A DNA stretch of 45,403 bases from IMG/VR virus record IMGVR_UViG_3300009156_000009, one strand, 5' to 3'. Within the stretch, counting starts at the first letter, position 1, and each line of letters starts with the position of its first letter. The stretch comes from a virus. Under the pieces are notes generated by a model. It did not search any database, was not told the origin of the DNA, and saw only the letters and a program-made list of their open reading frames with translations. Of this stretch, positions 15,778 to 24,154 are shown piece by piece. Both the position numbers and the translations under genes were made by a program.

Positions 15778-16677
15778 GTGAAGATCCTCGTCACGGGCGG
15801 AGCAGGGTTCCTCGGTCAGCACCTCTGCTTCGAGCTGGAACAGGCGGGGCACGAAGTCGTCGTCGTGGACGTGGCTCACACCCGCTGGCACGACCTCCGC
15901 TTCCCGGAGATCGTGGACTCGGTGTTCGACGAGCACTCCGACTCCGATATCTGCGTTCATCTGGCCGCGAAGGTGGGACGGCTCTTCGGGGAGGAGGAGC
16001 CGATGGAGACGATCACCGACAACGTGGGCATGACCGCGCTCGTCGCGCAGGCGTGTGGACTCAGGAAGATCCGTCTCGCCTACGCCTCCACCTCGGAGGT
16101 GTACGGGGACAACGGCGAGGAGGAGTGCGACGAGTACGACGGCCCCTGGTCGCTGCCTCACAACCTGTACGGGATCTCCAAGCTCTTCGGGGAGGATGTG
16201 TGCCGTCACTACGCGTCCGAGGGACTGACCATCTTCCGCTTCTCCATGCCCTACGGCCCCGGACTCCCCGCCGGCCGCGGCAGAGCGGCGATCATCAACA
16301 TGCTCCACCAGGCGCTGCACGAGAAGAAGATCCCCGTCCACGACGGAGCGGAGCGCTCCTGGTGCTACGTCACGGACACCGTGCGCGCAGCGCGCATGGT
16401 GCTGGAGCAGACCGACGGCGGTGCCTTCAACATCGGGCGAGACGATGCGCCGGAGTCCATGAAGTACGTAGCCGAGATCGCCTGCGAGCTCGCGGACGCC
16501 CGCCCCTTCCTGATCGAAGTCGTGCCCGCCCCCAAGATGCAGACCGTGGTGAAGCGGCTGTCCACGAAGAGGATTCGCGACCTTGGCTGGGAGCCGGAGG
16601 TCGATCTGATCGAGGGGATGGCAAAGACGATGGAATGGGTACTGACCCTGGACGAGAAAGGTGCAGTCGCCGCGTAG
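15778..16677 (+). CDS. NAD-dependent sugar epimerase/dehydratase (extended SDR)
   Basis: Has MKILVTGGAGFLGQHL (the GxxGxxG Rossmann motif) and the catalytic YGISK (YxxxK), at 299 aa. Confidence 0.9.
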   Translation: MKILVTGGAGFLGQHLCFELEQAGHEVVVVDVAHTRWHDLRFPEIVDSVFDEHSDSDICVHLAAKVGRLFGEEEPMETITDNVGMTALVAQACGLRKIRLAYASTSEVYGDNGEEECDEYDGPWSLPHNLYGISKLFGEDVCRHYASEGLTIFRFSMPYGPGLPAGRGRAAIINMLHQALHEKKIPVHDGAERSWCYVTDTVRAARMVLEQTDGGAFNIGRDDAPESMKYVAEIACELADARPFLIEVVPAPKMQTVVKRLSTKRIRDLGWEPEVDLIEGMAKTMEWVLTLDEKGAVAA

Positions 16678-16687
16678 GAGGTGAGTC

Positions 16688-16843
16688 ATGGCTGGCAAGA
16701 GAAAGGCACCCGCGAAGAAGCCCGTGTCCCTGGTGTACGAGGGGACGCAGTGGTACATCGTGGACGGGAAGAAGAAGCTGGACGTAGGGCGTAACCGGAG
16801 GGTGGCCGAGCGCTACCTGGCCGAATACACGTCCGGTCGCTGA
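16688..16843 (+). CDS. Small basic protein (51 aa)
   Basis: Hand-translated as MAGKRKAPAKKPVSLVYEGTQWYIVDGKKKLDVGRNRRVAERYLAEYTSGR. The ATG is preceded by AGGAGGTGAGTC. Confidence 0.5.
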   Translation: MAGKRKAPAKKPVSLVYEGTQWYIVDGKKKLDVGRNRRVAERYLAEYTSGR

Positions 16844-16929
16844 TATACGCTCCTGCTCTGGCCTCCACCTTCCATCGCAACTTCCTCTTCCTCGACAACC
16901 CGCGCGGAGGAGTAGAGAACCTCTCCGAC

Positions 16930-18402
16930 ATGAAGGCAGCCGGGTTCACGGGCGTCTTCTGCAACGTGCGCGACTACGCGCCCGCGGAGTGGGAGAAGAC
17001 GGTGCTCCCTCGAGCGAAGTCGCTCGGCATGGTGTGCGGTCCCTGGGGGCGTACTGTCGTCCCCAACACGCACACCTTCGACGAGGCCGTGCTCGACCTC
17101 ATCGTCGCGACGGCCGACCGCTGGCAGCAGCCGCTGATCGTGAACTCGGAGAAGGAGATCGACAACACGGGCGCGACCCTGACCACCCTCATCGCTCAGA
17201 AGGTCGGTCAGCGCGAAGCCGCGATCTCGATGGAGCCGTTCCTGTTCTGGGGGACGGACTGGAAGCCGGTAGCGCACCTTCCGATGCTGCTCCAGATCTT
17301 CCCCGTGGAAGCGCCCTCCGCGAAGGACCCAGAGGGCTGCAAGCGCTGGGCGCACGAGCGCGGCTGCGAGTGCGTCTACTTCACCTTCGGCACCTACGGC
17401 GGTCAGGAGCCTTCGGACTTCAACCTGCAAGCCCCCTACTCTCTCTTCACCGCCGATGCGATGGGGGCGAGCTATCCGCCCTGGAAGCCAACGTCGACAG
17501 GATTCGTCGCCTGCAAGGAGGCACCCGTGCCCGAGACTCCCTGGTATCTGAAGCCGTACAAGAAGGGAGCGGCCATCGGTCCGAGCAAGCTGCCGCGGGT
17601 GCTGAAGCCGCCGGCGGGCGGAGTGGTCATGGCCGGAGCCGACGTGACCGCCATCAAGCGCACGGTCAGCCATGCGCAGCGCTGGCTCCCCTGGGAGCCC
17701 TCTCAGTGGGACGATCGCTACCGCGAGTCCTTCGCGATGGGCGCAGGCGGAGGCAAGGTGGCTACCTCGGGCGTGCGCGGGTTCCAGCGCCAGGAGGGGC
17801 TACCGCAGACGGGGATCGTGGACGACGCGACCTACCAGCGGATGCGTCGCGCACTCATCCCCATCGGGCCACGCGCAGGCGATCACATCCTGGACGGGCT
17901 CTCGATCAATCTGATCAAGGAGGCCATCGCGGAGTTCTCGCCGGCCGCCAAGATGCAGAAGGTGCGCGAGGAGATCGCGGACTTCTGCCGCCGCTCCGAG
18001 CTCTCCGAGGATCTCTGGCACTACTCGCAGCAACGCCCGTACACGGGCCTCGGGGTGCTACCGGAGCGGAACCACGAGAACGACTGCTCGAGCTACGTCA
18101 TCCTCGCCTACTGGTGGGCGCGAGAGCAGACCGGCATCCTCGTCCCCGATCCCTCCAAGTACCGCTACACCGGGTACGGGAACACCTGGGACGATCTGGA
18201 CGGGCACACGCGGGTCACGAGCGGCAACTACTACGTCGGGGACCTGGCGCACTACGATGGGCATGTGACCATCTGCCGCAAGGCCGGGGATGCCTCCTCC
18301 TCGGTGTGGTCATCCTTCGGAGCCGAGGACGGCCCCGAGCCTCTCCCCCTTCACTACCGCGGCGACTTCATCAAGGTTGTGCGACCGCCACTTCTGCCAT
18401 GA
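16930..18402 (+). CDS. Multidomain endolysin: N-terminal glycosidase-like domain, PG_binding_1-like repeat, and C-terminal NlpC/P60-type cysteine peptidase
   Basis: GVRGFQRQEGLPQTGIVDDATYQRM is a peptidoglycan-binding motif. NDCSSYVILAYWW ... GDLAHYDGHVTIC is a Cys/His NlpC/P60-like pair. The N-terminal domain is unassigned and may extend upstream through a non-canonical start. Confidence 0.8.
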   Translation: MKAAGFTGVFCNVRDYAPAEWEKTVLPRAKSLGMVCGPWGRTVVPNTHTFDEAVLDLIVATADRWQQPLIVNSEKEIDNTGATLTTLIAQKVGQREAAISMEPFLFWGTDWKPVAHLPMLLQIFPVEAPSAKDPEGCKRWAHERGCECVYFTFGTYGGQEPSDFNLQAPYSLFTADAMGASYPPWKPTSTGFVACKEAPVPETPWYLKPYKKGAAIGPSKLPRVLKPPAGGVVMAGADVTAIKRTVSHAQRWLPWEPSQWDDRYRESFAMGAGGGKVATSGVRGFQRQEGLPQTGIVDDATYQRMRRALIPIGPRAGDHILDGLSINLIKEAIAEFSPAAKMQKVREEIADFCRRSELSEDLWHYSQQRPYTGLGVLPERNHENDCSSYVILAYWWAREQTGILVPDPSKYRYTGYGNTWDDLDGHTRVTSGNYYVGDLAHYDGHVTICRKAGDASSSVWSSFGAEDGPEPLPLHYRGDFIKVVRPPLLP

Positions 18403-18411
18403 GGAGGAACC

Positions 18412-18495
18412 ATGCTGGCTGACGGCGTATATATCAGCGGAGGCTTCATCGTGCTTGTTCTCATCATCGTCCTGATCGTGTGGCTCATCCGATGA
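18412..18495 (+). CDS. Mini membrane protein (27 aa), a possible holin or lysis accessory
   Basis: Hand-translated as MLADGVYISGGFIVLVLIIVLIVWLIR. The ATG follows GAGGAGGAACC, and the stop overlaps the next ATG. Confidence 0.4.
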   Translation: MLADGVYISGGFIVLVLIIVLIVWLIR

Positions 18496-18656
18496 AGGTT
18501 CAACTGTTCAAGGGCAGCGGCATCCAGCCCTGGTATCTGCGGCTCGTCTCCTCGAACGGGCAGGTGCTCGCCGTCTCCGAGGGCTACTTCTCCAAGTGGA
18601 ACGCGAAGCGCGCAGCCCGTCGCAACTTCCCCAACGTCCCGCTGGTGGAGGTATGA
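18492..18656 (+). CDS. DUF1508/YegP-like small protein (54 aa)
   Basis: Hand-translated as MKVQLFKGSGIQPWYLRLVSSNGQVLAVSEGYFSKWNAKRAARRNF.., matching the YegP pattern (W.f.L.a.NG..i..SeGY.sk..a). Confidence 0.55.
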   Translation: MKVQLFKGSGIQPWYLRLVSSNGQVLAVSEGYFSKWNAKRAARRNFPNVPLVEV

Positions 18657-18985
18657 GCATCCCCAACTGGTACGAGGCAGCCCTGCTCGCGCTGGCCGCC
18701 TGGCGCATCTTCCAGCTCATCGCCTTCGACTCGATTCTCGACCAGCCTCGCCGTTACGTGACGAGACTCGGCAAGCAGTGGGAGAAGGAGGGAGACGCGA
18801 TCCCCAAGGAGTACCGCGAGAAGTGGGCGCTCTTCCTCACCTGCCCCTACTGTCTCGGCTTCTGGATCACGCTCGCGTGGTGGGGCGCATGGCAGTTGTG
18901 GCCGCACGGAACGCTGGTCGCGGCGGCGCTCTTCGCACTGCACGCGGGCATGGTCGCGGGGCACAAGCTTCTGTCGTCCGACTAA
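18653..18985 (+). CDS. DUF1360-like membrane protein in the lysis cassette, a holin-like candidate
   Basis: Uses an internal ATG (an ATGA overlap). It has 3 hydrophobic segments and a CPYCLGFW motif typical of DUF1360, from memory. Confidence 0.6.
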   Translation: MSIPNWYEAALLALAAWRIFQLIAFDSILDQPRRYVTRLGKQWEKEGDAIPKEYREKWALFLTCPYCLGFWITLAWWGAWQLWPHGTLVAAALFALHAGMVAGHKLLSSD

Positions 18986-19070
18986 CGGCGTTACTATGCG
19001 CGGCATGTGCGGATGTCGCAAGCCCAAGCTGCCCGCAGGCGGAACACCCCCACCCGGCAAGTAGGACTGA

Positions 19071-20867
19071 GTGGCGCTACCCACTCGGCGCGTCCCTAGA
19101 CGTGCGCTGACGGCATCCGCCGTCCGAGTCGGCAACCGCACGCAGTCCTCGTACGTGAAGCGGCTCGAGGAGCCGTGGCAGACGCGCGCCTTCTTGTATT
19201 GCGACGAGATAGGCGAGTGCCGCGCGGCCTCGCAGTTCATCGCACGCATGATGAGCCGCGTCACCTACTTCCCCGCTCGCCGCCTCCCCGACGGGAAGTT
19301 GGAGCGGATCGAGAGCGGCCCGCCCGTCGAGCGCCTGAACCGAATCCAGGATCCGGGCGGAGGACGCACGCAGCTTCAGTTCCAGTACGGCCGGCTCATG
19401 TGGATCACGGGCGAGCTGATGCTCTTCGGCTATCGCCTGGACGAGCCTGACGAGCGCTGGCGCTGCCTCTGGAACGAGGAGATCAAGGTGCTGGAGGATG
19501 GCACCGCGGTTCGCCTGGACGCGAACAAGAAGGAGACTTCCGACCGCGGCGTGGCCTACCGCCTGTGGACTCCCTCGCCGCAGCACTCCGAGATCGCGGA
19601 TTCGCCCATGAAGCCGATCACGCTGATCGCGGAGGAGCTGCTGGTGCTCACGAAGTCGGTCATGTCCACCGCCCTCTCTCGCATGACCAACGGTGTCGTG
19701 GTGATGCCACTCGAAGGCATCCCCGAGGATCCGCAGCAGCCCGAGGGCGGTGACGAGGATCCCGAGAACAACGTCTTCCTCTCCGGCTACATCGACCACG
19801 CGACCAACCAGACTGAGAACCCCATGTCACCGGAGGCGCGGGTGCCGTACCTCTACACCCCGCCGTACGAGTATGCGGACCGCTTCACCTGGGTCAAGAC
19901 GCACGATCCCGCGACCGACTACCTGGAGCAAGGGCTACGCAAGGAGTGCATCGAGCGGCTGGCTCTTGCCTTCGACATGCCGCCGGAGGCGCTACGCGGG
20001 ATGACCGACGCGAACCACTGGACGGCGAAGCAGGTCATGCACGACATGTGGCGCTCGTACGGGATCGTAAAGGCGCAGCAGTTTGCGGACGAGCTGGCCG
20101 AGGTGTACCTGCGTCCAGGTCTGGAAGAGGATGGCTACGCGGAGTGGCCGGAGGTCGTGATCGGGATGGACGACTCGCAGGTGGTCATCTCCCCCGATCG
20201 AACCGAGGACGCGGACAAGGCGCTGGACAGGATCGCCATCGGCTTCCCCGGCTACCGGAAGATGAAGGGCATCCCCGAGGACATGGCCCCCACCGACGAG
20301 GAGAAGGAGTTTCTGGCGGCGCTCAAGATCCGGCAGGAGGTCGAGCTGGAGGACGGCGAGCTCGTCATCCCGCAGCGCGGCCCTATCCCCCAGAACGGCA
20401 ACGGGAACGGCAACGCTGCGGACGGGCCTCCCGATCCCGGCGCGAGGCTCGTATCCCGTCAGGAATCGCGCACTGCTTCCGCTGAGGTCAAGGGTGCCGC
20501 AAAGATGGCCCTGCGCCGCTGCCGCGAGACCGCCGGCGCGCGCCTTCGCCGCTACCAGCAGACCTGTGACGAGTGCGAGGCGCTGACCGACGGCGCTCCC
20601 AACTCCCTCGTCGCCTCCCTGCTCGGGCAGGAGCGGGTGGAGGGTCTGGGCGTTGACGCCTTCAACCTCACCGCCGGAACCGCGGTCGGCTTCCGCGGCT
20701 ACCTGGAGGACGAGGGGCTGAAGCCCGCGCACGCGACCGCGCTTCAGCAGATGCTGGAGGTGTACGCGGCGCGCACGCTGTACGACGACGCACAGCCGGA
20801 GCTACCGTCAGGATTCGTGGCCCAGGTGGAGAAGGCGCGGGAAGTCTCCGTCGCCGTGGCACAGTAG
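19071..20867 (+). CDS. Portal protein
   Basis: Supported by its size (598 aa), its position upstream of the protease and capsid genes, and an actinophage-portal-like N-terminal region (WQTRAFLYCDEIGECRAASQFIARMMSRV). It has a Gly/Asn/Pro-rich C-terminal linker. Confidence 0.8.
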   Translation: MALPTRRVPRRALTASAVRVGNRTQSSYVKRLEEPWQTRAFLYCDEIGECRAASQFIARMMSRVTYFPARRLPDGKLERIESGPPVERLNRIQDPGGGRTQLQFQYGRLMWITGELMLFGYRLDEPDERWRCLWNEEIKVLEDGTAVRLDANKKETSDRGVAYRLWTPSPQHSEIADSPMKPITLIAEELLVLTKSVMSTALSRMTNGVVVMPLEGIPEDPQQPEGGDEDPENNVFLSGYIDHATNQTENPMSPEARVPYLYTPPYEYADRFTWVKTHDPATDYLEQGLRKECIERLALAFDMPPEALRGMTDANHWTAKQVMHDMWRSYGIVKAQQFADELAEVYLRPGLEEDGYAEWPEVVIGMDDSQVVISPDRTEDADKALDRIAIGFPGYRKMKGIPEDMAPTDEEKEFLAALKIRQEVELEDGELVIPQRGPIPQNGNGNGNAADGPPDPGARLVSRQESRTASAEVKGAAKMALRRCRETAGARLRRYQQTCDECEALTDGAPNSLVASLLGQERVEGLGVDAFNLTAGTAVGFRGYLEDEGLKPAHATALQQMLEVYAARTLYDDAQPELPSGFVAQVEKAREVSVAVAQ

Positions 20868-20876
20868 GAGGGTGAG

Positions 20877-21587
20877 ATGACGATTACCCCGGAGGAGTAC
20901 GTGAAGATGGCGAGTCTCGTCAGTGCCGTCGCTCCGCTCAAGCCGTCCCGCTCGCTCTTCGAGCGACCGGAGCCGGATCGCGTCACGCCCATGACCTACG
21001 AGGAGGGAGGGGCCGTCTATGGACATCTGGCTCCCTGGGAAAGCTGCCACGTCGGACTCTCCGCCGGAGCCTTCGACGAGTGCGTTGTGGCTCCCCGGTC
21101 AGTCACGGACTATCGACAGTTCCACCTCGGAGAGCTCGAGACCGACGACGGAGGCCGCATCGCCGTTGGCAAGATCGTCCTCGCCACTGGTCACGCCGCG
21201 GCGAGTGCGGATCTCACCGCTGCCACCCGGCACTACGACGATACGGGGGCGGTAGGTGCCTTCGTCCGGGCCACCAACGGACGACACGGAATCTGGGCAT
21301 CTGGTGTTCTACGCTCCGATCTCTCTCCCGAGCAACTTCGCGATCTCAGAGCTAACTCCGTATCTGGTGATTGGAGAGCGTTCAATGGGAATCTGGAACT
21401 GGTGGCTGCCCTTGCAGTCCCCGTACCGGGCTTTCCCATTCCTCGTGCGCAACTGGCTCTCGCAGCTTCCGGAGAGATCCGAACCCTGATCCTCTCGCCC
21501 GAGCCCATCGTCGCATCCTTCTCCGCCACTCAGCGGCGGCGGCGGAAGGAACTGTCCGCGGAGATGGCCGCGATCTGCGAGTCGTAG
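20877..21587 (+). CDS. Capsid maturation (prohead) protease
   Basis: The ATG is preceded by GTAGGAGGGTGAG. The motif YGHLAPWESCHVG is one I associate with actinophage prohead proteases. It lies between the portal and capsid genes. Confidence 0.7.
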   Translation: MTITPEEYVKMASLVSAVAPLKPSRSLFERPEPDRVTPMTYEEGGAVYGHLAPWESCHVGLSAGAFDECVVAPRSVTDYRQFHLGELETDDGGRIAVGKIVLATGHAAASADLTAATRHYDDTGAVGAFVRATNGRHGIWASGVLRSDLSPEQLRDLRANSVSGDWRAFNGNLELVAALAVPVPGFPIPRAQLALAASGEIRTLILSPEPIVASFSATQRRRRKELSAEMAAICES

Positions 21588-22222
21588 CCCGCATCCAGGG
21601 CCACCCCAGCCGCGCTCACCTGCATCAGCCGCTGGCCGACTCGCTCGGCCTCCCCACTGAGGTCTGCCTGCACGCGAGCGAGCCGCCGAATCCGTGGGCC
21701 GGGTATCGCCGTTGCCTCGATACGAAAGTAGAAGCGAGCCACCTGCTCGTCGTTCAGGACGACGCGAAAGTGTCGCTTCACTTCTCCGCTGCCGTGGAGC
21801 AGATCGCGGAGACGAACCCCGACACCGTGACCGTGCTCTACCTCTCCTGGCTCCCTCGCCGCCTCTCTCGCCTGGCACTCGCAGCGCAGACGAAGGGACA
21901 GCGCTACATCACGACCGAGTTTCGGCAGATGGAGTTCATGCCGGTCGTGGGCGTTCTGTGGCCGAAGCACAAGGCGCGCGAGTTCCTACGCTGGACGGAG
22001 ACAAACCCGCGCAGGCTCGGGCACAAGCAGCCGCGCTCAGACGATCACGTGGCGGGCCGGTGGGCCACCTTCACCAAGCAGACGGTGCGCTTCACGGTGC
22101 CCTCGATCGTGCAGCACCCTGACGAGGAGAAGAGCCTGATCGGGCGCAAGGCGCACTGGGGTAAGGACAAGGGCCGCACCGCGCTTCTCTTCGCTGAGGA
22201 CGCCTCAGTATTTTCCTGGTAG
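21575..22222 (+). CDS. Glycosyltransferase-like protein (GT-A, GT25-like LLVVQDDAKV motif) with an unresolved start
   Basis: Coding signal (third-position GC) is strong from about 21590 to 22222. No ATG, GTG or TTG lies between the protease stop (21587) and 21770. The 21575 coordinate is a CTG placeholder. The frame is -1 relative to the protease ORF and is open back to 21371. Confidence 0.5.
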   Translation: MRVVARIQGHPSRAHLHQPLADSLGLPTEVCLHASEPPNPWAGYRRCLDTKVEASHLLVVQDDAKVSLHFSAAVEQIAETNPDTVTVLYLSWLPRRLSRLALAAQTKGQRYITTEFRQMEFMPVVGVLWPKHKAREFLRWTETNPRRLGHKQPRSDDHVAGRWATFTKQTVRFTVPSIVQHPDEEKSLIGRKAHWGKDKGRTALLFAEDASVFSW

Positions 22223-22305
22223 CGCCGTCCGACGGCCGACGCTATTATCGGCGCAGCACTGACGGCCACATGCCCGACGTGCCAGGCGGAGCCATAAGCC
22301 TCCTC

Positions 22306-22317
22306 CGTTACGTAACG
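22306..22317. promoter_or_regulatory. 12-bp perfect palindrome CGTTACGTAACG upstream of the capsid gene, the palindromic variant of the dispersed CGTAACGTAACGG motif
   Basis: Seen directly in the 116-bp intergenic gap, 20 nt upstream of the capsid gene ATG. It is AT-rich against a GC-rich background. Confidence 0.45.
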
Positions 22318-22337
22318 ACCTGCGTAAAGGAGTTGAG

Positions 22338-24128
22338 ATGGATCCGCTGTTTCCCGAGATTCAGGACGATCTCTCGGGGCTGACCGACGAGGAACTGACC
22401 TCGCTCATCCAGGAGCACCGCGATGCGGCTGTCCTGATCGACGACGAGGACGAGAAGTTCACCGCCGGCCGGACCGCCGAGCAGATCATGGCGGAGTACG
22501 ACCGCGGCATCGACCAGGCGAAGAAGCTCGTCCTCGAGCAGAACTCGCGCGTCGAAGCCGCCGAGACGTACTCGGCAGAGAAGAGCAAGCGCACCTCCGC
22601 GTTCTCCGAGTTGTTCGCAGAGCCGGAGGAGGTCATCACCGACGAGGATCCCGGCGATCAGGACACGCCGCTCGAGGTCGTGGCCGAGGAAGAGCCCGCC
22701 CCGGACGACGGGGACGACGAAGGCTCAGGAGACGAAGAGGAGTCCGTGGTGGAGGAGCGCGAGCTCGTCCTGGCGGACGCCGCCCCGCCCGAGCCCGTGA
22801 GGATGCGGCGCTCGGCACCGATGCCCTCCCCGGAGAGACTGCCGGTGCAGATGGCAGATGAGGGCGCAACCGCTGCCCTTCTCCCCTTCGGCCCGATGGC
22901 CCGCTCCAACGCGGAGCCGTTCGATCCCTCCTCGCTGGCCGCGGCCATGCAGGACGCGATGCGCTCCGTGCAGCACATCCCCAAGTCGCCGCACGGTGGC
23001 GGCTACCGCCAGGGCGGTCACGCCGTCCCGGTCGCACGCGCAGAGATCCCATACTCGGACGACCGCACGCTCACGAACGACCGGGCATCGGACGCCGAGA
23101 AGCTGGCAGAGGTCATCGTGGCCTCCGTCCCCGGCGGGATCGGCCGCTACTCACTGGCCGCCTCCGGCGGTCTGTGCGCACCGCCCACCCCGTTCTACGG
23201 CATGGTCAACTTCGCGACCGAGGCCGAGCCGGTGTGGGATGCCCTGCCCAAGTTCCGGGCAGTGCGCGGTGCGGTGTCCATCCCCGAGTCGACGTACATC
23301 GCGGACATCACGACCGCGATCTCGAACATCTCGGCGGACGACGACGCGCTCGGGGGAACCTTCGCAACCAAGTCCTGTCAGGACATGGACTGCGCGGACT
23401 ACACCGACACGGCGGTGCAGATCCTGGCGCACTGTCGAGAATTCGGCAATCTGAACGCGATCTCGTGGCCCGAGAGGATCCGGCACGAGAACGAGCTCAC
23501 GATGGCCGCGCTCTCGCGCACGAGCGAGACGTTCATGCTGGACAGGCTGAAGGCGCTCTCGATCAACGTCACCAACGGGGCCGAGACCCTCTCTGCCTAC
23601 GTCTACGTGGTGGATGCCATCGTGAAGGCGAAGTTCGGGATCATGGGGCGCTTCAGGATGCCGCGGGGCGCACGCTTCGCCGCCTACCTGCCCTACTGGT
23701 TCGCGGACATGCTCTCGCTGGACACGGTGCAGACCATCGACGGCAACAGGTTCCGCAGCCAGGGCGAGCTGATCGCCTACCTGCGTGACCTGGGCATCGA
23801 TCCGGTCTTCTACCTCGACAGCCCGACCACGGGCACCACGCAGCTGCCGGACTCGGCGCAGACTGCGGCTGCCATCGACGGTCTGCCGAACGAAGTGCAG
23901 TGGGCGCTGCATCCGCAGGGCGCGTTCATCGGTCTGGACATGGGAACGCTGGAGCTCGGAATCGTCCGTGACTCCACGCTCAACCACGTCAACGACTTCG
24001 AGATCTTCGGGGAGCGGTTCCGCAACGTGGCCCGAGTCGCGCCGGCGCAGTCGGCTCTCTGGGTCACTTCGGACATCTGCCCGGTCGGTCAGTTCCCGCC
24101 CGCGGGGACGGCAAGGACCTGCGAGTAA
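22338..24128 (+). CDS. Major capsid protein (HK97-like) with a fused N-terminal scaffold/delta domain of about 250 aa
   Basis: The ATG is preceded by AAAGGAG. The N-terminus is coiled-coil plus an acidic low-complexity stretch (PAPDDGDDEGSGDEEE). The C-terminal roughly 340 aa carry SGGLCAPPTPFY and LELGIVRDSTLNHVNDFEIFGERF, which are typical of actinophage major capsid proteins (from memory). Confidence 0.75.
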   Translation: MDPLFPEIQDDLSGLTDEELTSLIQEHRDAAVLIDDEDEKFTAGRTAEQIMAEYDRGIDQAKKLVLEQNSRVEAAETYSAEKSKRTSAFSELFAEPEEVITDEDPGDQDTPLEVVAEEEPAPDDGDDEGSGDEEESVVEERELVLADAAPPEPVRMRRSAPMPSPERLPVQMADEGATAALLPFGPMARSNAEPFDPSSLAAAMQDAMRSVQHIPKSPHGGGYRQGGHAVPVARAEIPYSDDRTLTNDRASDAEKLAEVIVASVPGGIGRYSLAASGGLCAPPTPFYGMVNFATEAEPVWDALPKFRAVRGAVSIPESTYIADITTAISNISADDDALGGTFATKSCQDMDCADYTDTAVQILAHCREFGNLNAISWPERIRHENELTMAALSRTSETFMLDRLKALSINVTNGAETLSAYVYVVDAIVKAKFGIMGRFRMPRGARFAAYLPYWFADMLSLDTVQTIDGNRFRSQGELIAYLRDLGIDPVFYLDSPTTGTTQLPDSAQTAAAIDGLPNEVQWALHPQGAFIGLDMGTLELGIVRDSTLNHVNDFEIFGERFRNVARVAPAQSALWVTSDICPVGQFPPAGTARTCE

Positions 24129-24154
24129 CGAGTGGCTGAGGAAGGGGGCTCGAG

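Noticed and set aside
16840-16929. Possible N-terminal extension of the endolysin. The in-frame upstream sequence reads ...FHRNFLFLDNPRGGVENLSD before the ATG at 16930 and looks like a beta-strand of a TIM barrel.
   Set aside because: No ATG, GTG or TTG is available in that frame upstream of 16930. Only CTG or ATA would serve, so I kept the canonical ATG. It is worth re-examining against homologs.
18996-19064. 22-aa Cys-rich basic mini-ORF (MRGMCGCRKPKLPAGGTPPPGK) in the gap between the lysis cassette and the portal gene
   Set aside because: It has no RBS, it is very short, and it sits in an 85-bp intergenic gap. There is nothing to distinguish it from chance.
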